Assembly: GCA_964016885.1 (NCBI GenBank)
Contig: OZ024755.1
Span: 17,298,001-17,362,000, forward strand
DNA: 64,000 bases
From: Eledone cirrhosa
Taxonomy: Eukaryota
Direction of reading: 5' to 3'
Shown: positions 26,374-39,193 of the stretch, piece by piece
Layout: the number at the start of each line of letters is the position of its first letter
Position numbering within the stretch: the stretch's first letter is position 1
The notes under the pieces: generated by a model
Told to the model about the DNA's origin: nothing
The model's database searches: none
What the model saw: only the letters and a program-made list of their open reading frames with translations
Translations under genes and position numbers: made by a program

Positions 26374-27054
26374 TACTTAATCGTGCAAAATTTGGTTATT
26401 TTAATAAATTCATAAAATTGCTTATGATTAATCATTTTAAAAATAATTTAGAATGTGTCTTTCATCAGAAATGTAATGAAAGAGTTAAAATAAACATATT
26501 TGTGTTGTAGAACCAGAGGTAGTTTCAGACAGTGATTTGAAATAGATTAATCTGCTAGTGTCATCTATCCAATCACCCTGTCAATTAACACACAGTACTG
26601 CTTGTTATTTACTGTCTTAGTCACATCTCTTTGACACATACTCTCAGTTCACAAATAATTGGCCCCCTTGCCATTGCTTGTTAATTTTTCAGATTTTATC
26701 AACCCCCCTTCCTCCACTCTTCACCCCCCTCCTCCATTTATTAAATGTTCCTAATCTATCTCTGGCGAAATTTTATTTTATGTGGTAGCATTCCTGCGAC
26801 AATTCATTTTCTTTAGACATTAAAAAACATTATACATGACAAAAAAGTACATTACTAGAAATCTCATATGTTATAAAATAAATAGGATTGGTCGGGTTTC
26901 AAGATGTAAACTAAACGACTAATTCTGGTTTTTAAAAAATCAACGGAGACGACCTAGAAAAAGTATCATACACACGTATTCCAACTCCTCTCTCTCACTT
27001 ATTACACCCCTTATTATTTGGGACTCATGTGTACACACACATATACCTTTTTTC

Positions 27055-27670
27055 TCACACTGCCAGTCACACACACCTTTACTCTCACACTGTCGGTCAC
27101 ACACACACCTCCACTGTTACACTGCCAGTTGCACACTGCCAGTCACAATATTCCTGTCACACACACACCTCCACTGTTACACTGCCTGTCACACACTGCC
27201 AGTCACAGTATTCCTGTCACACACACACCTCCACCGTTACACTGCCTGTCACACACTGCCAGTCACAGTATTCCTGTCACACACACACCTCTACTGTTAC
27301 ACTGCCTGTCACACACACACCTCTACTGTTACACTGCCTGTCACACACTACCAGTCACAATATTCCTGTCACACACACACCTCCACTGTTACACTGCCTG
27401 TCACACACTGCCAGCCACACTATTCCTGTCACACACACACACACCTCCACTGTTACACTGCCTGTCACATGCTGCCAGTCACAGTATTCCTGTCACACAC
27501 ACACCTCCACTGTTATACTGCCTGTCACACACTGCCAGTCACATTATTGCTGCCCCCCCCCCTGTTATACTGCCTGTCACACACTGCCAGTCACAGTATT
27601 CCTGTCACACACACACCTCCACTGCTACACTGTCTGTCCCACACTGCTAGTCACAGTATTCCTGGCACAC
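27055..27670. repeat. 60-bp minisatellite
   Basis: Unit actgcctgtcacacactgccagtcacagtattcctgtcacacacacacctccactgttac, about 10 copies. Confidence 0.92.
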
Positions 27671-28379
27671 ACAAATCAATCCCTGTTACACAGTTTCAGT
27701 CTAACAACATCTCTGTCCTAATCTCAATTACTTCTTCTCTCTATCCCATCATCCATCCAGATTTGTTCTACTATATTTCTCCTGCCTCTCCTCCTCTCCC
27801 TTCCTCACTCTCTACCCCCTCTCTTTTTCTCCTATCTCTCACTCTCCTTTCTCTCCCCCTCTCCCTTACTCTCCCCTCTCCATTCATAACTCTATTCTTG
27901 CATGCTTCAATTTACACACACATTCTCTCTTTCCCCTATTTCACTTTTTCTCTTCTGATTTATTACCCCTTGGCTCTCTCTCTTTAACTTTCTTTCCCAT
28001 CACTTTCTTTATCTCTCTACTCCTCTCTCTCTCTAATACATATCTCTCTACACCTCTCTCCAATACATATCTCTCTACCCCCCTCTCCAATACATATTTC
28101 ATTGACACTAAATATATAAAAGCTATATTTGACCCTTTCACAATTCAAAACTAACCTACCAATCTGTTCAATAGACCATAAAATAATTTATCTTCAAACT
28201 ATCAAACCAAATTTACTACTATCATTTGTCTAAAAATCTTTATCAGTTAATGTCCATTCTTCCATGCTGGCATGGGTTGGACAGGTCATCACAAACCATG
28301 TCAATACTTAATACTTAATGGAAATCTATCCTTCAAAACAGCAAGCAGCTACGTCTCAATTTTCTGTTTTGACACAATT

Positions 28380-29285
28380 TCTAATGCTGAATGCAGTTCC
28401 TAACATCAACCACTTTACAGAGTGTGCTGGGTGTATTTTATTGTGGAAATAGCACTACTATATTGACACTACTAAATGATATTTTCAGTTCTTTGTATAG
28501 CAGGGTTTCTATAGTTTGATGCCTTTCCTAACACCAACCACTTTACAAAGTGTACTCGGTGCATTTTATTGTAGCAACAGCACTAGAGAGGTTGTCCTAT
28601 CTTTGTCACAACTGAAGACTCTTTTTAATCCTTATGTGATATGCTTTATATGGCTAGATGCCCATCCTAACACCAACCACTTTACAGAGTGTACTGGGTT
28701 CATTTTATTGTGGCACTATCACTAAAAAGGTGTTTATGTCTTTGAAACAACTAAAGAGTTCTTTCAGCCGTTTATATGACATTGTTTCTACAGCTGGATG
28801 CCCTTCATAACATAAACCACTTTACATATTTTGCTGGGTGTATTTTATTATCACCCATTTTGCAGAGTGCATTAATGTATTTTATTGTGGCACCAGCACT
28901 AGAGGGGTTGTTATATCATTGACACTACTAAAATGTCTTTTCAGCCCTTTCTATAGCAGGGTTTATATAGTTTGATACCTTTTCTAACATCAATCACCTT
29001 AGAGAGGGCACTGGATACATATTATCATGGCACCAGCACTAGGGTTGTTGCCTAGTCTTTCACACGACTAAAGAGTCCCCTGAACCCATTTTCTGGCATA
29101 GTCTCTACAGCTAGATGCCCTCCTTAACACTAACCTCTTTACAGGGAGCACTGTGTGCATTTAATTGTAGCATCAGCACTAAAGAGGTTTTCATGTGTTT
29201 GACATAACTGAAGAGTCCTCTCAACACATTTTGTGGTATGGTTTTTGCAGCTAGGTGTCCTTTCAAACACAAACCACTTAACATA
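28380..29285 (-). repeat. Tandem array (about 7 x 140 bp) derived from a SINE-B internal segment
   Basis: Each unit carries gatgcc(c/t)ttcctaacaccaaccactttacag, as in SINE B at 6785-6830. Confidence 0.75.
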
Positions 29286-29342
29286 GTTTACAACAATCAT
29301 TTGTCTAAAAACTATATAGATGTACTATATCTTGTTATCTAG

Positions 29343-29553
29343 GTGTGCAGAGAAAAAATGTGATGAATTGGCCACAAGAGTTAACAAGCAGCTGTTTGCC
29401 ACCAGTACTAAGGATCAGTCAATTCAAGAATTCAAAAACCAAGTTGATGGTATACTGGCATGGCTCAAAGAAATGTCCAACCATATTACTTGTCAAGATA
29501 ACAATATTACCTATCTGGTCAGTGATGCCAGCCGAAGAGTGGATGATATCAAA
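29343..29553 (+). CDS. Spectrin-repeat protein exon (CAEKKCDELA...RRVDDIK), phase 2 to 0
   Basis: TAG acceptor, GTAAGT donor, helix-A motif FKNQVDGILAWLKEM. Confidence 0.9.
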
Positions 29554-29574
29554 GTAAGTAATTTTATATTTTCA

Positions 29575-29920
29575 CTACCACCATGAACATCATCATCATC
29601 ACCTTCACCGCCATCACCACCACCACCACAACAATCATTGTGATCACTACCACCTCCATCATCATCTTCATCATCACCACCACCTTCACCACCACCACCA
29701 TCACAATATGCTCCACCATTAACAATAACACCACCATCATCATCATCATCATCACCCAACCACCACTTCCATCATCATCTTATCATCATCTCCACCTTCA
29801 CTGCCATCATTACCATCACCACCACCACCACCACTACTCTACCATCAACATCATCATCTCCACCTTCACCACCATCATTACCATCACCACCACCACCAAC
29901 ATCATCATCATCATCACCTA
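29575..29920. repeat. (CAT/CAC)n low-complexity tract
   Basis: Direct reading. Confidence 0.9.
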
Positions 29921-31160
29921 ATATCTGTATTGGCCTTATATTTATTCTAATAAGGTTTTGGAAGATTTTATCATATTTCTCTGGTTTAATTTTTATTCTA
30001 AATTATTCCAAACTAACCCTTTATTCTAACTGACCATCAATCCAGCAAAGAAGCCTCTATGTGGTCCCTTGTCCTGCCAGAAATGGCAACCAAATCTGCT
30101 TCAAATCACACTGTGACATCTTTAAAAAAAAGACAGGCTAAATATTTAGTCCAAATACACTGTGTTTGATAATAGAATAAAAAATAAAGTGAACAGAGTG
30201 GTCAAAGCTGGAATGTCTTTAATTATAGGTTGATTGATTAGTATTGATCTAGGGCTAATAACAACAGCAATAGCAACCGATCATAATTTTATCTTAAACG
30301 AATTTGTGTTAGCTATGCTCAATGACGGACATTATATTAACTTGCCTTTCCTTTGAAGATTTGCATATTCTTGCGTATGTGTGTGTGTGTTCTACATATG
30401 TGGAGGTGTGTGGCCTAGTGGTAAGAATGTTGGACTTACAATCAAAAGGTCATGGGTTTGATTCCTGTACTAGGTTGTGTGTGTTGTGGTCTTTAGTAAA
30501 ATATTTTATTTCACATGCTCCAGTATACTCAGCTTAAAATCAGTACCAGAAATAGCTGGGAGTTTAATCCAGTGATGGACTGGTGTCCTGTCCAGGAGAA
30601 TGTCTTGTACTCTCAGTCACTTAATGTCATGGAGATCAAGATAAGCACTTATCTAGAAATCATCTGGCTTGTGATCTGGCTTGTGCTTATTCCAGTTTCT
30701 GTGACATGAAGCAACTGAGAGTACAAGATTCCCCTCTAGACAGGACGCCAATCCATCACAAGGTTACACCCCTCATCTAGTTGTTGCTCCTACTCATTTT
30801 CAGCTGAGTATACTGGAGCAATGTGAAATGAAAGTGTTTTGCTCAAGCACACAACAAACAACCCAGTTGAAAATCGATCCCATGACATTATTATCAGATC
30901 CAACACCATACCACTAGGCCAAACACCTCCACTGAACATAATAGAACAACGTGAAATGAAGTGTTTTGCTCAAGAACGCAACACACAGTCCCTGTCCAGA
31001 AATCAAACCCATGCCATGATATTATGATCAGAAGTCAAGACCCTTACCTCTAGATCATGCACCTCCAAATGCCTTGCTTTAAATATGTCTTTTTCTTGTT
31101 TTTTTCTGTCTAAATTCTGCTCTTTTAATGTCTAACTATAAATAACTGTTCTACCAACAG

Positions 31161-31430
31161 AATCTGGAAATTGAAATGAAGAAGAAGAAGCTCCTATAAC
31201 TCAGTCTATGTCAGGAAGGTATAATATTACTGAAGAAAATACCTGCAAAGAGTCCAGGTTCACAAACAGCTAAAGAAATGGGTGTCTGACATCAAAACTA
31301 TTTATCCAAACATGCTAGACAGTTTAGTTCCGATGCTGGAAAGATGGCAGAAATACCATTTGGAAAGAATCTCTTCTCAACAAAGACATGGATGACACAA
31401 ACAAGATGGTTACAGAGCACTGAGGATAGA
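31161..31430 (+). CDS. Spectrin-repeat exon with in-frame stop and frameshifts, truncated by assembly gap
   Basis: CAG acceptor, phase 0, NLEIEMKKKK. TAA at 31197-99. Spectrin-like pieces in shifting frames (LCQEGIILLKK, LERWQKYHLER, RWLQSTEDR). Runs into Ns. Confidence 0.7.
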
Positions 31431-31630
31431 NNNNNNNNNNNNNNNNNNNNNNNNNNNNNNNNNNNNNNNNNNNNNNNNNNNNNNNNNNNNNNNNNNNNNN
31501 NNNNNNNNNNNNNNNNNNNNNNNNNNNNNNNNNNNNNNNNNNNNNNNNNNNNNNNNNNNNNNNNNNNNNNNNNNNNNNNNNNNNNNNNNNNNNNNNNNNN
31601 NNNNNNNNNNNNNNNNNNNNNNNNNNNNNN
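31431..31630. other. Assembly gap (200 N)
   Basis: Run of N. Confidence 1.
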
Positions 31631-31679
31631 TGAATAGTTTAGGAATCTATGTATAGTCATTTTTTTTTTTTGTTTTATT

Positions 31680-31747
<68 letters not shown>

Positions 31748-31881
31748 TACATATATATATATATATATGTATATAAATAAAACGACCCCTCTTTGGATTT
31801 TAGTCTTCAATTTTACTATTATTACATATATATATATATGTATATATATATGTATACATATATATATATATATATATATGT

Positions 31882-31945
<64 letters not shown>

Positions 31946-32672
31946 GAGTCAGGACCCGATGGATTAGATCTTGCCGCTTCTTTGTAATAGAACCATACTC
32001 TACTACTCCAAATATCCCCCCCCCCCCCTGGATTTGGGCCTCTGTATTTAGTATTACTATATATATATGTGTGTGTGTGTCTATATATGTGTATATATAT
32101 ATATGTCGATATATATATATGTCGATATATATATATATGTGTGTGTGTCTATATATGTGTATATATATATGTGTGTATATATATATATGTCGATATATAT
32201 ATATATGTGTGTGTGCATATATTTTCCAGTGAATACATTTGTATTACTAGTACACATGTGTATAAAATATATGTACATTTATATGTTTTATTCATTGGCA
32301 ACAAAAAAAACCAGAATTTTTGGAAATATTCTTACATATATACTTGGGTTTGCACACACTGGAATCAAAGCTTTGTATAAAATAAATTCAATATTTCAAA
32401 AAAGAAAATATTGTTTTGTTTGTAAAACCTTATAGCAAGGAGCTCAACATATTCTGGGTTTAAGACTGAAAAACAAAGCAAAGCTATTTTAATAACAAAT
32501 ATTTTGGGTAAAGTTTACCAAACTGATCAATCGATGCCAATATATTCTGTTGAATTACATGGAATTTATAGCTAGAATATTATAATATAATGTATATAAA
32601 GTGAGATTGGAAAGACAAAGAAAGGCATTCATTCAATATGTGCGCGAGTGTGTGTATATGTATCTATCTATC

Positions 32673-32703
<31 letters not shown>

Positions 32704-32738
32704 ATGTGTCAGTGTGTCTGTACATATAAATTTGTCTC

Positions 32739-32785
<47 letters not shown>

Positions 32786-32855
32786 ACATACATTACATGA
32801 TGTGTATACATATTTTTATATACATATATATTCCACACATAAATATGTTACTGGC

Positions 32856-32889
<34 letters not shown>

Positions 32890-33085
32890 GTATATGTATG
32901 TATGTATATTTACATACGTATGTATATATTTGTGTGTATGGATATGTATGTATATGTATGTATGTATATGTACATACGTATGTATATATTTGTGTGTATG
33001 GATATGTATGTATATGTACATATGTATGTATATATATGTATATACATGTGTGTATGGATATGTATATATGTATATAAAAATATTT
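31680..33085. repeat. Cluster of (TA)n/(TG)n compound microsatellites
   Basis: Direct reading, with short interspersed unique modules. Confidence 0.85.
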
Positions 33086-33773
33086 ATACACATCATGTAT
33101 GTTGCTTTTATGAGCAACCCAAAAAGTATTGATTTTTGAGATGTTCTTTTAAAAATATATGTTTAAGTAAAACATATATATTTAAAATGAAGAAAATTTC
33201 TTGATATATTGATAATATTAAAAGGTTATAAAAAGTTTTTTTTAATTTCTTTAAATCAGATCTACACAGTCCTGTTGGATAAAATTTAAACTTTTAAACT
33301 TTAAATGTTTTTACTAAGGCATCGTTTCTTCAGGCAAATAATAATAACCATAACAATAAAAATAATGAGCATATATATATATGGAGAATAGGGTGGCTGT
33401 GCAGTTGCTAGTTAAGTTAGGCTTAAAAATGGAATGATAGTAAGAAAAAAGAAAGAACGGTGGTGGTGGGGGTGGGGTCCTCATCAGTTGACTACTGGGG
33501 CTCTCGGATATATATCCGAGAGCCCCAGTAGACAATATATGTATGTGTGTGTGTATATATATATAAATATATATATATATAGTGTGGGTTGTACTGTGAA
33601 TTACTGTTGTTAGTACCAAATCAAGCACTCTATGCACATGGCAGAGTGTATATGATAGAAAAAAACAAGGAACTTTTGTCTACATATGGGGTACCTTGAG
33701 CCAATCCTCTGTGAAATGCACGTAACAGGATGATACACAATAAATATTTTTCATATGTAAACAAAACTTCCTC

Positions 33774-33829
<56 letters not shown>

Positions 33830-34097
33830 AGAAAACGAAAAATCAGTGATGCATCTTAACTCAATTTATTGTGTGTAACAATTGTTTCGCCGGCGGACAG
33901 CTCGAGATGCGATCATTGTGTGGCTCTGTCTGATTCTGGACCCGCAGGTTCGACGGACACGTCTTATGATTTCGGAGCATATTCTCTGCTCTGTAAGAGC
34001 ATACAGTGCTCAACTGGCATACCACCTATGGAAGCATCTTAGCTACCATCACACAGATATATATATAAATGTAAGCTATCGCCATATTTTGACTAAA

Positions 34098-34454
34098 GAA
34101 ATTAAAGAAATTATTTAGCCTGATAGTGGGGTTAAGAACCCTCAGAGAAATGGAAAAAGATGAGTATTGACGTACATGGGAGTCGAATCCACATCTTTGG
34201 TTATCCAGACCACTGTGCTACCATTTACACCAACACATCACATCATGATGTGTTGGTGTAAATGGTAGCACAGTGGTCTGGATAACTAAAAATGTGGGTT
34301 CGACACCCATGTGATGTGTTGGTGTAAATGGTAGCACAGTGGTCTGGATAACCAAAGGTGTGGGTTTGACTCCCATGTACGTCAATACTCATCTTTTTCC
34401 ATTTCTCCGAGGGTTCTTAACCCCACTATCAGGCTAAATAATTTCTTTAATTTC
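34098..34454. repeat. Head-to-head inverted pair of a tRNA-headed repeat (146-bp arms) with an extra 65-bp head copy in the loop
   Basis: 34098-34243 versus 34309-34454, 4 mismatches. A-box TGGTGTAAATGG and B-box GGTTCGAC. Related copy at 1-120. Confidence 0.9.
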
Positions 34455-34516
34455 GGCGATATTTTACATTTATAATAATTTCAAACCCACTCGCTGTTTC
34501 GAAAAATATTCTTACT

Positions 34517-34554
<38 letters not shown>

Positions 34555-34671
34555 AAAATTAAGATAATCAAAATTAAGATAATCAAAATTATGGGTGTCA
34601 TGCCAGAAAGACATGCGCCATATCACCCGCAAAATAAGCTCTAAGATTCTAACGAATAGGTCCGAGCAATT

Positions 34672-34779
34672 TATAATAACTAGAAATTGATTAACATATA
34701 AATAAACATGAATAATCACAGGAGATAATTATTATCTCCTGTGATTATTCATGTTTATTTATGTTAATCAATTTCTAGT

Positions 34780-34786
<7 letters not shown>
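34672..34786. repeat. Palindrome, about 57-bp arms, 1-nt loop
   Basis: Centre ggagataat-t-attatctcc at 34730; one 2-nt indel. Confidence 0.9.
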
Positions 34787-34855
<69 letters not shown>

Positions 34856-34890
34856 ACTGGTATCCACCCGTTTATTGTAGGGTAAATAAT

Positions 34891-35074
34891 TGTAAAAAAT
34901 TGGCACAAGGCCAGCAATTACCCAGTACATTACTGGTTCTTTATTTTATCGACCCCGTAAGGATGAAAGGCAAAGTTAACCTCGGCGGGATTTGAACTCA
35001 GACTGTAAAGGGACGTAACTATGCTAGAAAACATGGCGTCCAACCCTCTACCGATACTGCAAATTCACCGCCAC
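34891..35074 (-). mobile_element. SINE family A with 16-bp TSD
   Basis: ttgtagggtaaataat at 34875-34890 and 35075-35090. Confidence 0.9.
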
Positions 35075-35577
35075 TTGTAGGGTAAATAATGTTGTTAGAG
35101 CTCCAAGGTGTCTTGAAGAGATTGTTCCAAGATCATGTAGTGCGAGCTATTGATTTTGTAGTAGGCTTTCATCACATAAGGTTCCATTGTAAATTCTAAA
35201 GATTCTAATCGAGTTACTGAATCATATATAGTGGCCAAAGGCAACTTCTTCTTCCATCTTTTTAATGTCTACACCCTATTTCATAAGCTAATTTATATCA
35301 TATATGTGCTTGAGCACATCATCTTTTATACTTTTATATATATATATATATATATATATGGGTTTTTAGAATCCATATTCAATAAACAAACCAGGATTTT
35401 TCATTCTGAGGATTGAAAGCAAAACCTTTTGCTTTTAAGAAACCACTGGTAAATGGAATAATTGCCTTATGTTGTTTATTACATAATAATAATAATATAT
35501 ATATATATGTTTGTAGGAAAAGAGTCAAGACCCCGAAGGTGCGTTATGGTCTACCTGGTATCTGACCATGCCTCTTT

Positions 35578-35625
<48 letters not shown>

Positions 35626-35775
35626 GTACATACATATATGTATACAGATGTACAGTAATATGTATATATATACATACATGCGCACATATATATATATGTA
35701 CGTATAGGTTTACCAAACATTTATTATAATGCTCGGTTTGTTTGTAAACAAACTGCCCGAATTAAGCCATTTTTT

Positions 35776-35814
<39 letters not shown>

Positions 35815-36322
35815 TTGATATATATATATATATATCTCTAATCGATCGACTTTCGTCAAATCGGACCGAGGGAGCAATGTTTCCGTTGGTCTTTCCAATT
35901 GCTAATACTATCTATCGGTCGCAACTCCAGGTAGAAGGAGCAACGTGAAATAAAGTGTCTTGCTCAAGGACATAACGCATCACCTGGTCCAGGAATCGAA
36001 CTCACAACCTTACGATTGCGAATCCAATTCTCTAACCACTCAGCCACACGCCTTCACTATATATATTTATTTATTTATTTATTTATTTATTTATTATAAG
36101 AACAGATTTAAGTTTAAGCAAAAAATTATTACTATTATTACATATAATAATTATTATAATAAAATAACAGGAGGCTGGACTTGTGTAAATCCTTGAAAGG
36201 TTTATTATACTATGATCATTTCAATGACCGGGATCCATATGAATCCGGTGATATCATCAGGTATTCGAAATATAACAAAGGAATATAACAGATAAAATCC
36301 ATGGGGCTGAAAATCATAGACA

Positions 36323-37185
36323 TATCATCATCATCATTTTACGTCCGCTTTTCCCTGCTTGCAAGGGTGGGACGGGTCTTATTCAGCACAGCATCTCTCC
36401 ACTCGTCACGGTCCTTCGTCATCTCCACCGTGAGCTTCAATGATCTGAGGTCTGTTCTCACCACCTCCGCCCATGTTTTTCGTGGTCTACCTCTACCATG
36501 TCTTCCTTCAACTGGCATTTCCTGGCACTTCTTCACCCATCGGTCATCCTCCATGCGCATCACATGTCCATACCACCTCAGTCTCCTCTCCCGTACACTA
36601 CATTCTATCCCTCTCAGACACAGTTTCTCTCTCAATACTGGGTCGTTCACGCACATTTACACTGCCCATCCAACGGAGCATGCTTGCCTCATTTCTCTCC
36701 AGCCGTCGCATATCCTCTGCAGTTGCTGCTCATGTCTCAATACCATGCAGCATCGTGCTCCTCACACAGGCATCATATAACCAGCCTTTCGTACGCAGGG
36801 AGAAACCCTTCTTCGTCAGCAGAGGAAGCAGCTCCCTAAACTTCTTCCAACCCGTCCTTATTCTAGATACTATGGCCTTGGAGCACCCTCCTCCCATGCT
36901 AATCTGATCTCCTAGGTACCGGAAGCTATCAACCACTTCTATAGCGCCCTCCTGCATTTGAAAAATGTGTCTATCAATGCAACTTCTACTGTCTAATTTC
37001 CCTGTACATCTACTGCATACATATTTCTCCCTACCTCTTAGTTTGCCTGCTATCCCGCTACATCTCTTGTGTACCCAGGATCTGCATTGTGTGCATTTTA
37101 TAGAATTTATGCCAGTTCCTTTTCTGCATATCGAACATGGCCATTTCCCTGACGGAATCAGAGTTTTGTCCTCTTTTCTACTCAT
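36323..37185 (-). mobile_element. 5'-truncated RTE-clade LINE with PHD-type finger, one stop and one frameshift
   Basis: C4HC3 finger, then EVVDSFRYLGD, RRLRWYGHVMRM, GRGRPRKTW; (ATG)n tail. Confidence 0.9.
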
Positions 37186-37465
37186 ATATATATATATATA
37201 TATATAGGATTCTCCATGGTCTCCATTTGAAGACTATGTATATCCCTTTTCAGAAACTAATTAGTTGGAGTGAAATTTAAGTAAGTTAATTACTATAATT
37301 TCCTATTTTACGTCTTTTATATATATATATATATATATATATTTTCTCAGTGCTTAAATGTCCAAGTATTCTTCTTATGCATGTTGACTAACTGCTAAGT
37401 GTATTGTATCCTTTTAAAATGTTTAACTAATAATGATGTTCTTGTATTCTCTGTTACTTTTCTAG

Positions 37466-37586
37466 AAACTTAAACAAGAAATTGAAGAATACGAATCTCC
37501 ATTGGCATCAGTCTTGGAAAAAGGAAATATTATAAGTAATCAATGTTGTGTTGAATCTCAGGCAGAGCTGCAGCATAAACTAGCAG
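37466..37586 (+). CDS. Spectrin-repeat protein exon (KLKQEIEEYESPL...QHKLA), phase 0 to 1
   Basis: ttttctag acceptor, CAG|GTTGGT donor, phase matches exon 38988. Confidence 0.85.
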
Positions 37587-37884
37587 GTTGGTATATTGAT
37601 CTGTGCATTCATATATTGATTATTTTCTCTCTTATAATATCTATTTAACAGTTATATATCTAAATTCTAAACAATAATTAGTTTAATGTATTGATTAAGA
37701 AATATTTATTAAATAAATTACGAATAAGAAAAATATAGGAAGAAATAATGTCAACAACATTAATAATAATAATAATTGTTTCTACTTTTGGCACAAGGCC
37801 AGCAATTTGAAGGGGAGGGGAAAGTCAATTAAATCAATTCCAGTGTTTTATTGGTGCTTTATTTTATCGACCTTGTAAGGATTG

Positions 37885-38265
37885 TGTTATATGGTCTTGA
37901 CTGTGTTAATTAGACGACAAAGTCACTTCAGAAGCTTTCTACGTTCCATTTGACCGTATCTGTATCAGTGAGATGCTCAACATTACCAAACTTAGGCCAA
38001 TTACATCAATTGTCAAGTCAAAAGTATTCAAACTATACAGCCATATAAAAAGATCAACACATGGTGTGAATAGGTTATGCCTGGAAGGAAGTTTGGCTGG
38101 TAAGAGAAGCAGAGACCGGCAGCCAAAACAATGGCTTGACAATATCAATTTATGGACTGAACTTGATCTTTGCTCTTTGAACCCTGCTGCTGGTGATCGA
38201 ACTTTGTGGAGAGAGATATCACATGTTAATGCGCAGTCTGCAAGTGGCAGAGTTTAATGTCACAA
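37885..38265 (+). mobile_element. RTE/BovB-like LINE C-terminal fragment inserted in SINE A
   Basis: LEGSLAGKRSRDRQPKQWLDNI...DRTLWR motif. Confidence 0.75.
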
Positions 38266-38404
38266 GAAAGGATAAATGACAAAGCTAACCTTGGAAGGAT
38301 TTTTAATATAAACTAAATAAGCTCTCCTATACTAAATGGAGCATTTTTTTCCTTTGCTTTCTATCTGCAGATATCAGATACCCTACTTATACATACATGT
38401 ATAT

Positions 38405-38438
<34 letters not shown>

Positions 38439-38987
38439 GTGTGTGCCTGATGGTCACCGAACTGTTCAGATACCCTGCATATACATACATGTATACACAC
38501 ACACACACACACATATATATATGCCTGATGGTCACCGAACTGTTCAGTTCATTTGTCTACCAGCACATCAGGAAAAAGGATTATACATTTTCTATATATT
38601 TTGTCTGAGGAGAACATGTTTTGCTCTATGTTATACATAAAACTTTGCATCTTCAAAATATATATATAATAAAATAAATAGAGATGATATAAAGTATATA
38701 TCTTTCATTTATTACTATTATTATTATTATATATATATAACTCAATTAGTACCTTGTATATTGCGGCTACAACATCGATTCATACCTAATATTGTTGGTG
38801 GTTGTGGTGGTGGTGTTGTTGTTTATTTTTGTTTCATTCAAAATCTTATTATAATAGTGGAGATTGTTTGTTAAATATATGTATGGTTTCTGCAAATTTG
38901 GAAAAATTGTTTAAAGAATTTTACAGCAAAATACGTTTTGGAACCACTGCTACCAATAGTACATTGTTACTTCATATTTTATTATAG

Positions 38988-39193
38988 GTTTGGAAGCTCG
39001 TTATAATTCACTGAAACAACAAATTACAACTGACCTCAGTGACTTGGAATTGTTCTTTGAAAATCTTTGTAAATATGAGACAAACTATGAAGAACTTAAG
39101 AAATGGTACAAAACAACAAAAATGAAATCATCCAATCCTATCCATACAGACTGTGCTACTTCAGTTCTTCGAAAACAAGTTGAAGAATATCAG
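38988..39193 (+). CDS. Spectrin-repeat protein exon (GLEARYNSLK...QVEEYQ), phase 1 to 0, GC donor
   Basis: TAG acceptor. Ends CAG|GCAAGT with an in-frame stop 6 nt later; next exon needs phase 0. Confidence 0.85.

Noticed and set aside
27018-27987. 200+ aa His/Thr/Cys-rich ORFs; CRISPR-like periodicity
   Set aside because: Open frames arise from a 60-bp minisatellite; no unique spacers, no cas genes, eukaryotic intron context.
31197-31199. Stop-codon readthrough or RNA-editing rescue of the TAA
   Set aside because: Accompanied by several frameshifts at a contig end; sequencing error is simpler.
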